DNA from: Microthyrium microscopicum | Lineage: Eukaryota | Direction: 5' to 3' | DNA: 64,000 nt | NCBI GenBank assembly: GCA_010405405.1 | Contig: MU004231.1 | Coordinates: 2,185,860-2,249,859 of the forward strand | Part shown: positions 1-10,390 of the stretch, piece after piece | How positions within the stretch are numbered: position 1 is the first letter of the stretch | How the letters are laid out: the number at the start of each line of letters is the position of its first letter | Notes under the pieces: model-generated | What the model was told of the DNA's origin: nothing | The model's input: the letters and a program-made list of their open reading frames with translations, nothing else | The model's database searches: none | Made by a program: the position numbers and the translations under genes

Positions 1-21
1 TCAATCATACCATACATCACA

Positions 22-987
22 ATGGCACCAAACATCCGATACATCAACCAATCCGCCCCATTCTGGGACTGGATCGCCACCTTTGAAGACTCGGCCGCCG
101 AGCACCCATTCTTCAACAATAACAACAATCAAAACCAATCTGGCCCCTCCGGCCCACCACCAGCAGCAGATGCCTCCCATCCACAAGGTCCACCACCTGC
201 CGGCCCATGGGGCTGGGGCGGTCCCTGGGGCGGTCGCCGTGGCCACGGTCCACGCTGGCACCACCACATGAACGCCATGAACCTGCCATTCCATGCAGGC
301 CCACCTGGTCAACCAGGTGCTGAGGGCGAAGCATCTGGCTCTGAAGAAGCCGAGACAGTACGCGACGAGAAGCGCGCTGGCGAAACAGGCGATGAGAATC
401 CCGCCGATCCACCAGAGGACACTCCCGAGCCACCACGAGGCGGCTGCCGTGGACGACGTGGACGACATGGAGAGCGCGGAGAGCGAAGAGGACACGGACG
501 TGGATTCCATGGTCATGGAGGACATGGCGGACACGGACATCCGTATGCACGCGGAGGATGGGGTTTCCCAGGCGCACGTGGAGGCATGGGAATGCTCTCG
601 GAGCTATTCGGCCCAAACCAGACGAATGACGGCGACTGGAAGCCTGAGGCGGATGTATTTGACACGGAAGCGGCTTATGTGGTGCATTTGAGTGTACCGG
701 GCGTGCATAAGGAGGATGTGGGTGTTAGCTGGGATCCAGAGAAGAGCGAGTTGAGCGTTGCTGGTGTGGTACATCGACCGGGCGATGAGGCTTTCATCAA
801 GACGTTGGCTTTGGATGAGCGACGGGTCGGTGCATTCGAGCGCAAGATCAGACTTGGAACGAGAGCGAGTCCCGCATCAGTCGATGTCGATGGCATCACC
901 GCCAAGTTGGAGAATGGTATCTTGTTCGTCGAGGTGCCCAAGCTGAACGGCGAATTCGTGGAGATCAAGAAGGTTGATATTGAATAG
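22..987 (+). CDS. Small heat-shock protein (HSP20/alpha-crystallin domain) with long low-complexity N-terminus
   Basis: Single 321-aa ORF. C-terminal alpha-crystallin motifs (PEADVFDT..YVVHLSVPGV.KEDV, ERRVGAFERKI, AKLENGILFVEVPK, terminal KVDIE I-x-I motif). Confidence 0.92.
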   Translation: MAPNIRYINQSAPFWDWIATFEDSAAEHPFFNNNNNQNQSGPSGPPPAADASHPQGPPPAGPWGWGGPWGGRRGHGPRWHHHMNAMNLPFHAGPPGQPGAEGEASGSEEAETVRDEKRAGETGDENPADPPEDTPEPPRGGCRGRRGRHGERGERRGHGRGFHGHGGHGGHGHPYARGGWGFPGARGGMGMLSELFGPNQTNDGDWKPEADVFDTEAAYVVHLSVPGVHKEDVGVSWDPEKSELSVAGVVHRPGDEAFIKTLALDERRVGAFERKIRLGTRASPASVDVDGITAKLENGILFVEVPKLNGEFVEIKKVDIE

Positions 988-1164
988 ACCATAGGTCTTT
1001 GGGAACAGTCTTTCTTTTAGCTAGGGAATTTCGGAAATGGCGATTAGGCGTCGAATAATATAGGACAGGAAATCTGAAACTTTGCCATTGCAACTTTGTG
1101 CTTTTTGAACGTGATGTGATTTATCAGTAAATCCAGATTGGATCCTGAATATGGTTGTCGATTA

Positions 1165-3706
1165 CTAGTCCCACTCATCTCCCCATCCCTCGTCCTCCTC
1201 TTCTGCTTTCTTCGGTTCCTCTTTCTTCTTTGCCGGGGCCGCGACTGTTTTCTTTGGCACTGCAGTGCCAGTGGAGTTTGCCTTTGATAGATGTGGTTTT
1301 GCCGTTTTGGTTAAGCCTTTAGGCAGTGGCTTTTTGCTTGGAAGCTTAGATTTGGATTGTGCACTTAGCCAACCCTCGAAATCAGGCTCCCCTTTATCAT
1401 CGTACGATGCAAAAGATGCTGGAGCCTTCTCAGTCGAAGCAGGTGCCCACGGATCCACGTCATTGTCCGCGTCACCACCATCTCCCCATGCGTTTTCAGC
1501 GTCATCCCATCCATTGTCGAGATCATCATCTGGTTCAGATGCCTTCTCAGGAGCTGCACTGATCGCAAAGGGGTTGGGTTTGCTCGATTTCATTACTGCT
1601 GGCCCGGATTGAAGACTCTTGAGCGAGGTCGTTGACGGTGGTGGACGTTGTGCGTTGCTAAGTGGAGGTACAGAACTAGGCCGATCGTCCGTTGCGCCAT
1701 TGGGAGCATCTTGCATTTGCCCGCTGACAGAAGCGATCTTGTTGGTGAATGATGAAATGGCCCATCCAGTCCATCCGGCTCCTTCGGCTTGAGCAGCGCC
1801 CATGCGAGGTTGGTTTGCTTGGGTGTTTGCTGCTGCTCCTGGTGGAGGTGAAATGGTATCGGGTAAAGTTTGAGCATATTTGCGCACTCTATGCATGAAG
1901 ATTTCCATGGTTTTACTGGTTTGATCCCTGATCATCTTTTCTTTATCTATGAGTGATGGACACAAGCCGGGTAATATCTTGGTGGCGCATTCCTCGTCAG
2001 AATAGACATCGGCTGTAGCAGCTAGTGCCATTAGAGCGGCATTTCTGGCATGCACAAATGGGTCTCGTAAGGCTCTTGCAAATGCTGCAGTGAGGACCTT
2101 AGTTCTCGAGCCGGAGCCAAGGTTTCGAGCAATTTTTCCAAGGCAGATGGTGGTGTTCGTTCGGATTCCAGCTTGCTCGTCATTGGCGGTCTTTGCCAGA
2201 TGTCGTAAAAGCTCGCCATTTATGATCCTATCAGTCAGTTTGGGTACAACAACTAGCACGGCTTTGACCGTTTGTTCTCGTACAAGAGGAGCAATATCTG
2301 TGAATCCGGCGACCATCTGAGGCCATATGCTATTGCTGACCAGTTTTTGAGGTAAATGGTCAATCATCTGTGGCAAATTGTCGAGAAGACAAACTCGTAG
2401 GGCTCGATCAGGACTTGCAAATAGCCGGACGATGACTGGATTAAGTCGTTGCTCATATTCTTCTTCTGATAATTTTGAGCTGATCTTCATGATCACGGAG
2501 AAAACCCTTGGGCCGCCACCACCAAATTCAACGGATTTGACCAGCTCCGGTAAAACTTTGACTTTGAAGAAATCTTCAGGGAAATCCTCCGAAACTCCCT
2601 CCAGTTGTTCAAGAAGCTCGTCCCTCTCGGTTTCGTCTTTGACACCCAGATTTTCAATACCATCGGTCAATCGTATAAGAGGCGTCTCGAAGAAGCCTCC
2701 ACTCCTCATGCCTTGGTCCAGGAATGCACCAACTGATAATCGGACCTTTGGGTTCGCACTGATGAGTCGCTTGTAACTCGGCTGCATACTGACAGGTACC
2801 AGTTTCGGTTGAGTGAGTTGATCGGTTCCCATGTAACTGCTATTGAATACCTCATACATCAAAATTCCGAATAGATAAGCGTCAATGGCGTGTACAGGTC
2901 CACTTTTGATTGATCCCCAGCCTGCCTTGCCGATTTCTGGAGGCGAATAGCGCCCCGAGTCAGGAGTAAGGCTGCCATAGTTCTGAACAGAAGTCAGTAA
3001 ATCCCTGGCTGGCTCATGTAAAGCTCTTACATATATTATAGCGTCTTCCTCTTTCATGGAGCTAAGAACCTCGAATCCGCCGAGTTTCCATTCGCCGCTC
3101 TCCGTGGTGAACACCGTGGATGTTCTGATATAGCCATGAACAGAGGTCGCCTCATTGTTGATAAAGCCAACAGTTTTCTAATCCACAATCAGCATAGCCA
3201 ATAGAGCTCTCCTTCGCTAGAGGACTCACTGCAACGCTATGTAATCCCCATTTTATAGTTTCTTGTGACAAGCTCTTTCTCTTTGCATGCCATGAAAGTG
3301 GCGTAACGCGCTCGGTCGCAACGTATATATAAGTTTCCGTCTACCATGAGTTTCAGCAAACAATTCTTCGCCCAGTATTATATATCGTCCGCGCTGACCT
3401 CTACTGTGTCCAGGACTCGTATCACTCCTGGATGTCTTAATGTTCGAAGTTTGCGAACCGCATTGCGCGCCAGGGGTAGTCGGGATTTGTTGGCAGTCAC
3501 GTCGAAGGCGAAGACGCTGCACTTGGAGCCGTCTTCCTGGCATGTTGTTAGTCAACTCTCATTAGCTGTAGGGTGCGACAAACCCTCTTGGTGCTATTAT
3601 GCAGTGTCCAGATTGACGCATCCGTGTCTATCCTATCGTCGAAGGAGTAAGGAAATGCTGGACCTTTGGAAATGGCCGAGGCCACTGCAGACTTCAAAAA
3701 ATCCAT
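1165..3706 (-). CDS. SCY1-like (CEX1/SCYL1-type) pseudokinase with HEAT repeats
   Basis: Spliced gene starting MDFLKSAVASAISKGP at 3706, with several short 5' introns. Pseudokinase motifs LRTLRHPGVIRVLD, HGYIR, GEWKLGGFE; HEAT region (IRTNTTICLGKIA, ALRDPFVHAR); acidic GWGDEWD tail. Confidence 0.9.
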
Positions 3707-4035
3707 GTTCAGCCCACACGCAGCCTGGAACCAGCGAGCGAAATTATAGACAGGAAATTACTTGCGAGAAGTTCTATCATGGTGTCGGTTGGGTTCGCAA
3801 GCCACATATTCTTCATCGGGGTTGTTGATAAGATTAGATCCGTCTGGGTCTCAAATTAGCGCTTCACAAGCGCGTAAGACGCGAGACCTTGACTTGAGTT
3901 CTGAGTTCTCATCTTCATCTCCTGAGGCTTATTATTATTCTGCTCAACCTCTTGGTCTTCACTCATCAAACTTGCCCGGGGCATATATCCTCCAGCTGCC
4001 TTGTATACAAATCAATTTCAAATTGACGACAACAA

Positions 4036-4237
4036 GTAAGTCACTATTCCCCTATTGACAAAATAATGTTGCCGAAGATTAGATATTGGTAAAAGGGCTG
4101 ATGGATCCTCCTGTTATTGCTACTTCAAGCACGAAAGTGGGGACGGAACCAGCTGCTGAATCAACTACTATATGAGGCTATTCAAACCTATTCCAAATTC
4201 AAGCGCCTGTTCTCACTCGGATACTGACTATCCATAG
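4036..4237 (+). ncRNA. Intron of a putative non-coding host transcript containing a box C/D-like guide RNA (about 4060-4180)
   Basis: GTAAGT donor 4036, ACTGAC branch 4223, TAG acceptor 4235-4237, no flanking ORF of note. Two CTGA boxes (4098, 4156), each preceded by a 10-nt antisense element (TGGTAAAAGG; GGAACCAGCT). No consensus box C found. Confidence 0.55.
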
Positions 4238-4694
4238 GACAAGATTCATGGGTCTTTCTGGAACGCGTAGTCAAAGTTTTGAAACTTCTGTATTCTCTTT
4301 TTTCCTAGCCAGTACATACAAATAACCTAGTTCATTGAACTCGGGTAAATTCAGAAATATACACCTTGAAACAATGAAGCAATGTGGCCAAAAATTTAAG
4401 GTGTATTAATACTTGGCGCATAAGCGCGCGCCTATCGCGAACGAACTATGCCCAAGCTCCTTTATGATTTTGGTAACCTCGAACCAAGCTCCTGATATAA
4501 CTCGCACAACTCACTCAGAGAGTCGTCGCCTACCTCACTCTTTTTCGCTCTCACCCCTCAGAAGCTTCTTTGACAACCCGATCCCTTCAAACCTTTGCGC
4601 CAATTTGCGACACTCATTCTTCACATCCCTGTTAACTTCGACGTCGCGTCTCTATCATCAACATCCCTTTTTTCGCGATTCGGACCTCGAAATC

Positions 4695-5689
4695 ATGGCG
4701 GAACCAGACGTGCATAAAGAAGATGAGCAGCTCGACATCGCTGGAGATGACGAAGTTCAAGATGAAGTATGTTGACATGGGCCCTGAAGCTTGCGCTCAA
4801 TCTTCAGCTTTTCAGCCTTGCGACGAGCAAACGCGCTAACACCCCACAGGAAGAGATTCAAGCAATGAAGCAGCGTGTCAAGGAGATGGAAGATGAAGCT
4901 GCCAAACTTCGCGAAATGCAAGCCTCCCTCGATAAGACCGACCAAGAGCTCCGCGAATCGAAAGAAGATATAGATGGCCGCAGCGTATTCGTCGGAAACG
5001 TTGACTACGCTGCTACCCCAGAAGAGATACAGAACCACTTTCGCAGCTGTGGATCGATCAATCGAGTGACCATATTACTCGATAAATACACTGGTCAACC
5101 AAAAGGGTTAGTTTAAAAGCTGGAGATCTCTTGTTGCCAACCCTCATTTTCCGATCCCATGCGACTTGGCGAAGAGCTTTAGCGACGTCAAGTTCGTTCC
5201 GCTAGCAGGCGGTTTCGTCATTTCCACAACTCACTTGAAAGATTAATCGCTACCTGGCAAGAGTGTGACAGAAAGATTGAATATGACGCTAATGAGCGCA
5301 CGCAGGTATGCGTATGTGGAGTTCTCAGAGCCCAGCTTGATTAATAATGCGCTGGTCCTGAATGACAGTGTCTTCCATAGCCGAAACCTCAAGGTAATAC
5401 CCAGCTTTCTGCTCGGACTGGACGGATATTGATCTATTATAGGTTGTTCCAAAACGTACCAATCTTCCCGGTATGGCTCGAGGACGTGGTGGACGAGGTG
5501 GTCCATTCCGTGGTGGTGGGCGTGGAGGAGGATACCGTGGCGGCTTTGGTGGAGGTGGAGGTGCTCCATATCCTCCACGTGGCGGAGGGTAAGTTCAACA
5601 TCAATCGAAGTCAACCGGAAATACGTGTCTAACACTTGAATAGGTACCGTGGTGGCTATCGTGGACGAGGGCGATACGCACCTTATTAG
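4695..5689 (+). CDS. Nuclear poly(A)-binding protein PABPN1/Pab2/Sgn1-like (coiled coil + RRM + RGG tail)
   Basis: Five exons. [24 protein letters not shown] coiled coil, [10 protein letters not shown] (RNP2), KG/YAYVEF (RNP1, split by intron 5107-5305), [12 protein letters not shown]-rich tail ending YAPY*. Confidence 0.92.
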
Positions 5690-6167
5690 AGCAATTGACC
5701 GCGCTCTTCGATTGGATGCTTCAACTTCTCACGAAGAACGAATCATTCATTTCCTTTCTAGCATGTTGTTTGGTAATACCGGGCACTGAATGTTACTTCC
5801 TGATCTTGTAGGATATTGCCCAATCGTTATGGATTTCAGGGTTGGTAACACACGTCTTTCTATCCCAACGGAGAGCTTCAACCCATCGAAAGATAAATAT
5901 CAAGGTTTGAAACCGCCGAACGATCTCGGTTTTCTTCAAATCTTTTGTACTGGCCGCTTGAATTTCTCATGGAAGCTTGAGAGTTAACTGCTATAACAGC
6001 ATAGGCAGAGGTGATACTATTTATATGGCTTCAAGCACAATTACCTTACAAGCAGCAACTTCCTGGTGACTTCCAAGGAGAACGCGGAAAAGCTCAAAGA
6101 AGATGGTACATGCGACTCAAAACCATTGCTTTTTGCCAATCACACTGCCTTGACTGCCTTTCGAGGC

Positions 6168-6193
6168 ATTCCTGAGATTCCTGAGATTCCTGA
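6168..6193. repeat. Short tandem repeat (ATTCCTGAG)x~3
   Basis: Directly visible. Confidence 0.8.
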
Positions 6194-9100
6194 ACGACAT
6201 GTGCCCAATCCGGCCTCCAAGACCGTTAGGTAGTCTACTCTTGGAACCTATACACGATCCGGCAATGTCGTCTAACTGTCCAATAGCTCACGACCAGTAT
6301 GTCTCTACCATATCGTGAAGTTTTTGCTGAAAAGAAATCATGACAACTCGGACGAAGCCGAGTTCGTGGCTGGCGGCGCAACCACCTCCCCGCGATAATA
6401 TTGAGCACCAGCTACTGGCAAGATCGGGTTATGAGAAAACTGGATTCCTCGATCTAGACCTTTTGTAAAGACATCAGTCAGGCTGAAGTCAGTAGCAGTG
6501 ACTTTCTCTGCCCCATTTCCAGTCGCCTAGCCCCTTACTGCCCGTAGACAGCCCACCACCATTCGATTGCCTGACGACCTCGTATCATTTTTCGTGGCTG
6601 AATAGTCGCTTCGACATTCGATAATCGTCATCTATCTAAGCACGAGTTTAAAAAAAGAAACACCATACTAAACAACATGAGACATAGCACACGACTACTC
6701 CAAATTAAGTCGAGGATTTCTACCACAGCGACGTACCAAAATGGCATCGGTTCCTGTCAGCTCACGCAATCGAGTCACAAAAGCAAGCATACAATGTCTC
6801 TGCTCTAAAGATCCGCCGCACAACCGCAGCTGACTCCATAGGGCTGAAGAAATATTCTCGCAAAATAATCTGCCCACACCACCATGCGCGGAGCAACGAG
6901 GAACCGCGCATAAACATCTGACCAGGACATCTGTTGTACCACCATGTTGTCTCAGCTTGCGCGCCCAGCCATCACGCCCCCAGGTTTTGCGCAGGAACAC
7001 AGCAGGTTGGAAGCATTGTGTATGCAGCATTCTTTTAAAGTGCTTTAAGTCCGCCTTAGAAATGGGTAGGTATAAGCGGTGACTATAAGCGGCGAGAGAC
7101 TTGGGATATTAGGTACCCAGATAGGCAGATATCACGACACCATGCTGGTACCGTGTTGTTTCAGGCACGATTGCGGTGTTGCTGATAGCCGTCATGTACC
7201 TCATGTAAGGAGGTGGCACATAAAAGTGACGTGAGAAAATAATCCAAATCAGGTGGACCGCATCTGATTACTTTCTTCGGCGGCGCCGTGGCATGGTCAA
7301 TGCTGTTGACTGATCTGAGATTGGAAAACGTGGTTGGATCGAAAATCCTGTCCACGTTGTTTCTTTTCCCCATATCGGAGTGGTAATGCCATAAGTTATA
7401 ACCGATATGGCACTTGTAGAATTGCCAGGTTGATCCACTACTGATATCGACAATTCGCTTTTTCTTCTGGCGGCGATGCGCAGGGCACAGGTACGGATAT
7501 TTTGAGCCGCTTTGGACAGTAAATGAAAAAGTGGGTCCACTTGAGATCCATCTCTGCGCAAAGTCGTCTTCCGATCGTGAGCTAATATCAGTCGGAGGAG
7601 TCGGATGAGAGTCGGTTAGCAAGCAAAGAGGCTGCTGAGGCACACCTCTCAGATTGTGCATGAACTGCTATCGGCCAGTTATGTCGTGAGAAACGCTCTA
7701 GAAGGCATTGCTTACACACCATAAGCTTCGTATAATGGATGATAAAGGTATCATCAAGAAAGACGCGAAACCCGGATTTCACCTACAGGGGGGTTGCGTA
7801 CCTGCGCAGCACAATCTTGGAGTGATGCATGCAACCAATGGCGCAACGAACCATGCGACTTGCTCGTATCTTATGCTAGTTGGTGGACCCTTTCATCGTC
7901 TCCAGTTCTCAGCGGATTCCGGAAGGAACTCATGATTATGGACCCATATCTTGGTTGAAAGGGTGGTCGTAGATACGGTACTAGTAAGCTTGGAAGGATC
8001 TAATATCTCGCTTGTTTCGAAACTTGGAGTAGTAGTGCAAGCTCCACATTGATAATGACATCTGGTTGACCAAAGACGGCCCATTGCGTGCCGGGAACTA
8101 GGCAAGCTCCTTGATACCACGACGGTCGTCGGCAGACGGGAATTACCATACGCTTGTCACCATATGCACATGCTCTCCACCAGAGCCGTGGTTATCTTGC
8201 TCAACGTCACTTTGAAAGTTGATAAAAATGTTGCACGTATCTCGCCCTTTTTCGCCACATCGTGAACCAGGCACAGAAAATGAACCCTTTGCCACGCCGT
8301 TGCGTTTGTGCTTTTCTGGTAAGGCAGATTCTGATCCCGCAAAATTGACTGGTAGTAGGCATGATTAGGTGTGGTTAATGTTCAAAGTGTAGAGTTCGAG
8401 CTAGATCCATTGCAGGCTAGACAAAAAATCATCGGGATGCGATAAGTGTAAGAGGGTGTGGAGAAGAAAATCACGATTGGTTAAGAATGTGTTGTCCTGC
8501 CTGTTCCGGGTGGTCTGCGTTTTGGTGCGCAGCTGACAACGCCCCTCCCAATTGGCAAAGTGGTTTGCATGATGCAACTCACGCAGAATTGTTGATTTGC
8601 GGGGTGGGGCTATTCTGACAAGGCATGGATTGTGGAAGGTACGAGAAAAGTTATTCGCTGTTGATTGTAGGAAACAGGACATTTGTTGCGTCGTGATTTG
8701 ATAATTGGAGGTAGAAGGGTTCATGTTGTGCAGAACATGGGGTCTTGTTGGTGAGGATCAAAATGCGGAGGCAGTATGTAGATCACGATCCCTCGTGGAC
8801 CTGGTTTTGGGCCTGTTGCTGTGCGTAATGTGAGACCTTTACGAAGAGGTTGCGAATGATGGGACATGGCACTGGTTTGGCTTGAGTTCATGGGTCAGCT
8901 GGATCAGAACGCCACGATGTGATAGATAGGAATTTGCGGCGTTGATAGTCGCAATACATTGGTGAGATTCAATGAGGGTATTAAATAGTTTTGAAATTGT
9001 ATTTGAGCAGTACTCTCGTGGAAGACCGCAAATAATAAAATGAGTAATATGCTTATTACAAAGTAGAGTACTGTATTAGCTTGTGGTTGAGTTGCGCCCT

Positions 9101-9754
9101 GCGAGGTTGGGATTGACCAGCCAAAAACGTGAGACATGACGATGTTCGATCAACTAACTGCTTTCGATTCGCTCAGTGATAGTTTGGCCTGTATGCATAA
9201 CGAGTGAAGATCTATCCAAAGTAGTCGTAGCTAGAGGCTAAAATTGACAGGATGATGAAGGGTTTACCTAACAGCAAAGCTGTAGAGCCAGGTCAACACT
9301 CATAGATTGGACAAATGCTGGTCACATTTTGATAGAAAATTTTCAAAGCCAATAGTGATGAGAGATGATGTTGATATTTTCTGAAACACCTGCTTCTCTA
9401 AGAGCAGATTTCATGCTAATCTTATGCTACCGCCACCCGCTAGATATTCCATTTTTGGAAGGACGAATGCTAATCCTTCATGTCGAATTCAAACTCCAAA
9501 GCCCAAGCCGCACATCCGTGTGCTTAAGGGGCCATGCAAAACAGAAAAGTGTAGTATGCAAACGTAGTTGCTGGTCGCTCGTGGATCCCCTAAAATGACA
9601 CATAGAACTGAGAGGTAATGGCTATGCTGTACATGAGAAAAGACGGAAAAAATGGGGTATCAAGCCTGAATGTAGAGCGAGTCAAAGAGGAGAATACAGG
9701 ATAAACAGATACAACAGGATATAGAACATGGAGGCTTGATGGTTGTCATGCGGT

Positions 9755-10303
9755 TCAGCCTAGAGTGGTTCGTCTCTTCCAGTCTCGCGAATGGTCGAAC
9801 GAGTTCGAATAGTTCTGTAGTTGCGAGAGAGCATGATCTGATAGACCACCAGACGTGCTGGAGCTAGAGATGGAAGAGAGAGATGATCGTGACGTCGAAG
9901 GGTTCAGGCTTCGTCGCTGAGAGTAGTCGGTGGTTGCTCGATATAAAGGAGCAGGGCGATGCGAGGAATTGTGTTGTGTAGCAGAATGGCTGTGGTGGTG
10001 TAGCGTTGCACCAGCTCGAGGGCTTAATGGCGGGGATTCTATCCTGGATGACGAGCCATGTCGGTACGCGGCAAAGTTGAATGCCGGCGGAAGGTGAAAT
10101 TGCTTGCTGCTCTTTGATACTGAAAAGGATAATGTTGACGAGTTTGATGATGCCGAGTATCCATAGCCTGGTGATACTGGAGCTGAGAATGCCGACTTTT
10201 CCAGATCTGCTAACCGGCAAGCTTGGGAGCAGTAGTGTGGTTCGGGAGTTTGTTTGTCACAGTTGAGACAATAGTTTGGAGACCATTCCATTTCGGTAGA
10301 CAT
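9755..10303 (-). CDS. Ecl1-family (extender of chronological lifespan) zinc-binding protein
   Basis: N-terminal YCLNCDKQ....YCSQACRLADLE four-Cys motif followed by a Ser-rich region; TATA-like box about 80 nt upstream. Confidence 0.88.
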   Translation of the reverse strand: MSTEMEWSPNYCLNCDKQTPEPHYCSQACRLADLEKSAFSAPVSPGYGYSASSNSSTLSFSVSKSSKQFHLPPAFNFAAYRHGSSSRIESPPLSPRAGATLHHHSHSATQHNSSHRPAPLYRATTDYSQRRSLNPSTSRSSLSSISSSSTSGGLSDHALSQLQNYSNSFDHSRDWKRRTTLG

Positions 10304-10381
10304 TGTGATGGTGATGAAGTTTTAAGCTGGTGTAAGAGGGATTGAAGAATCCAAGTTGGGTGGTGGACGAGAAAGCCCAAG

Positions 10382-10390
10382 TTTATATAA
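10382..10390 (-). promoter_or_regulatory. Candidate TATA box of the Ecl1-family gene
   Basis: TATATAAA on the minus strand about 80 nt upstream of the ATG at 10303. Confidence 0.5.

Noticed and set aside
1..992. Minus-strand ORFs over HSP20, and similar antisense ORFs over SCY1, the Rab-GAP, ADE6 and NUP82
   Set aside because: Shadows of codon bias in real genes; no independent motifs.
4075..4105. U5 snRNA gene on the minus strand
   Set aside because: It reads GCCCUUUUACC rather than GCCUUUUAC, with no closing stem or Sm site; an antisense guide on the + strand fits better.
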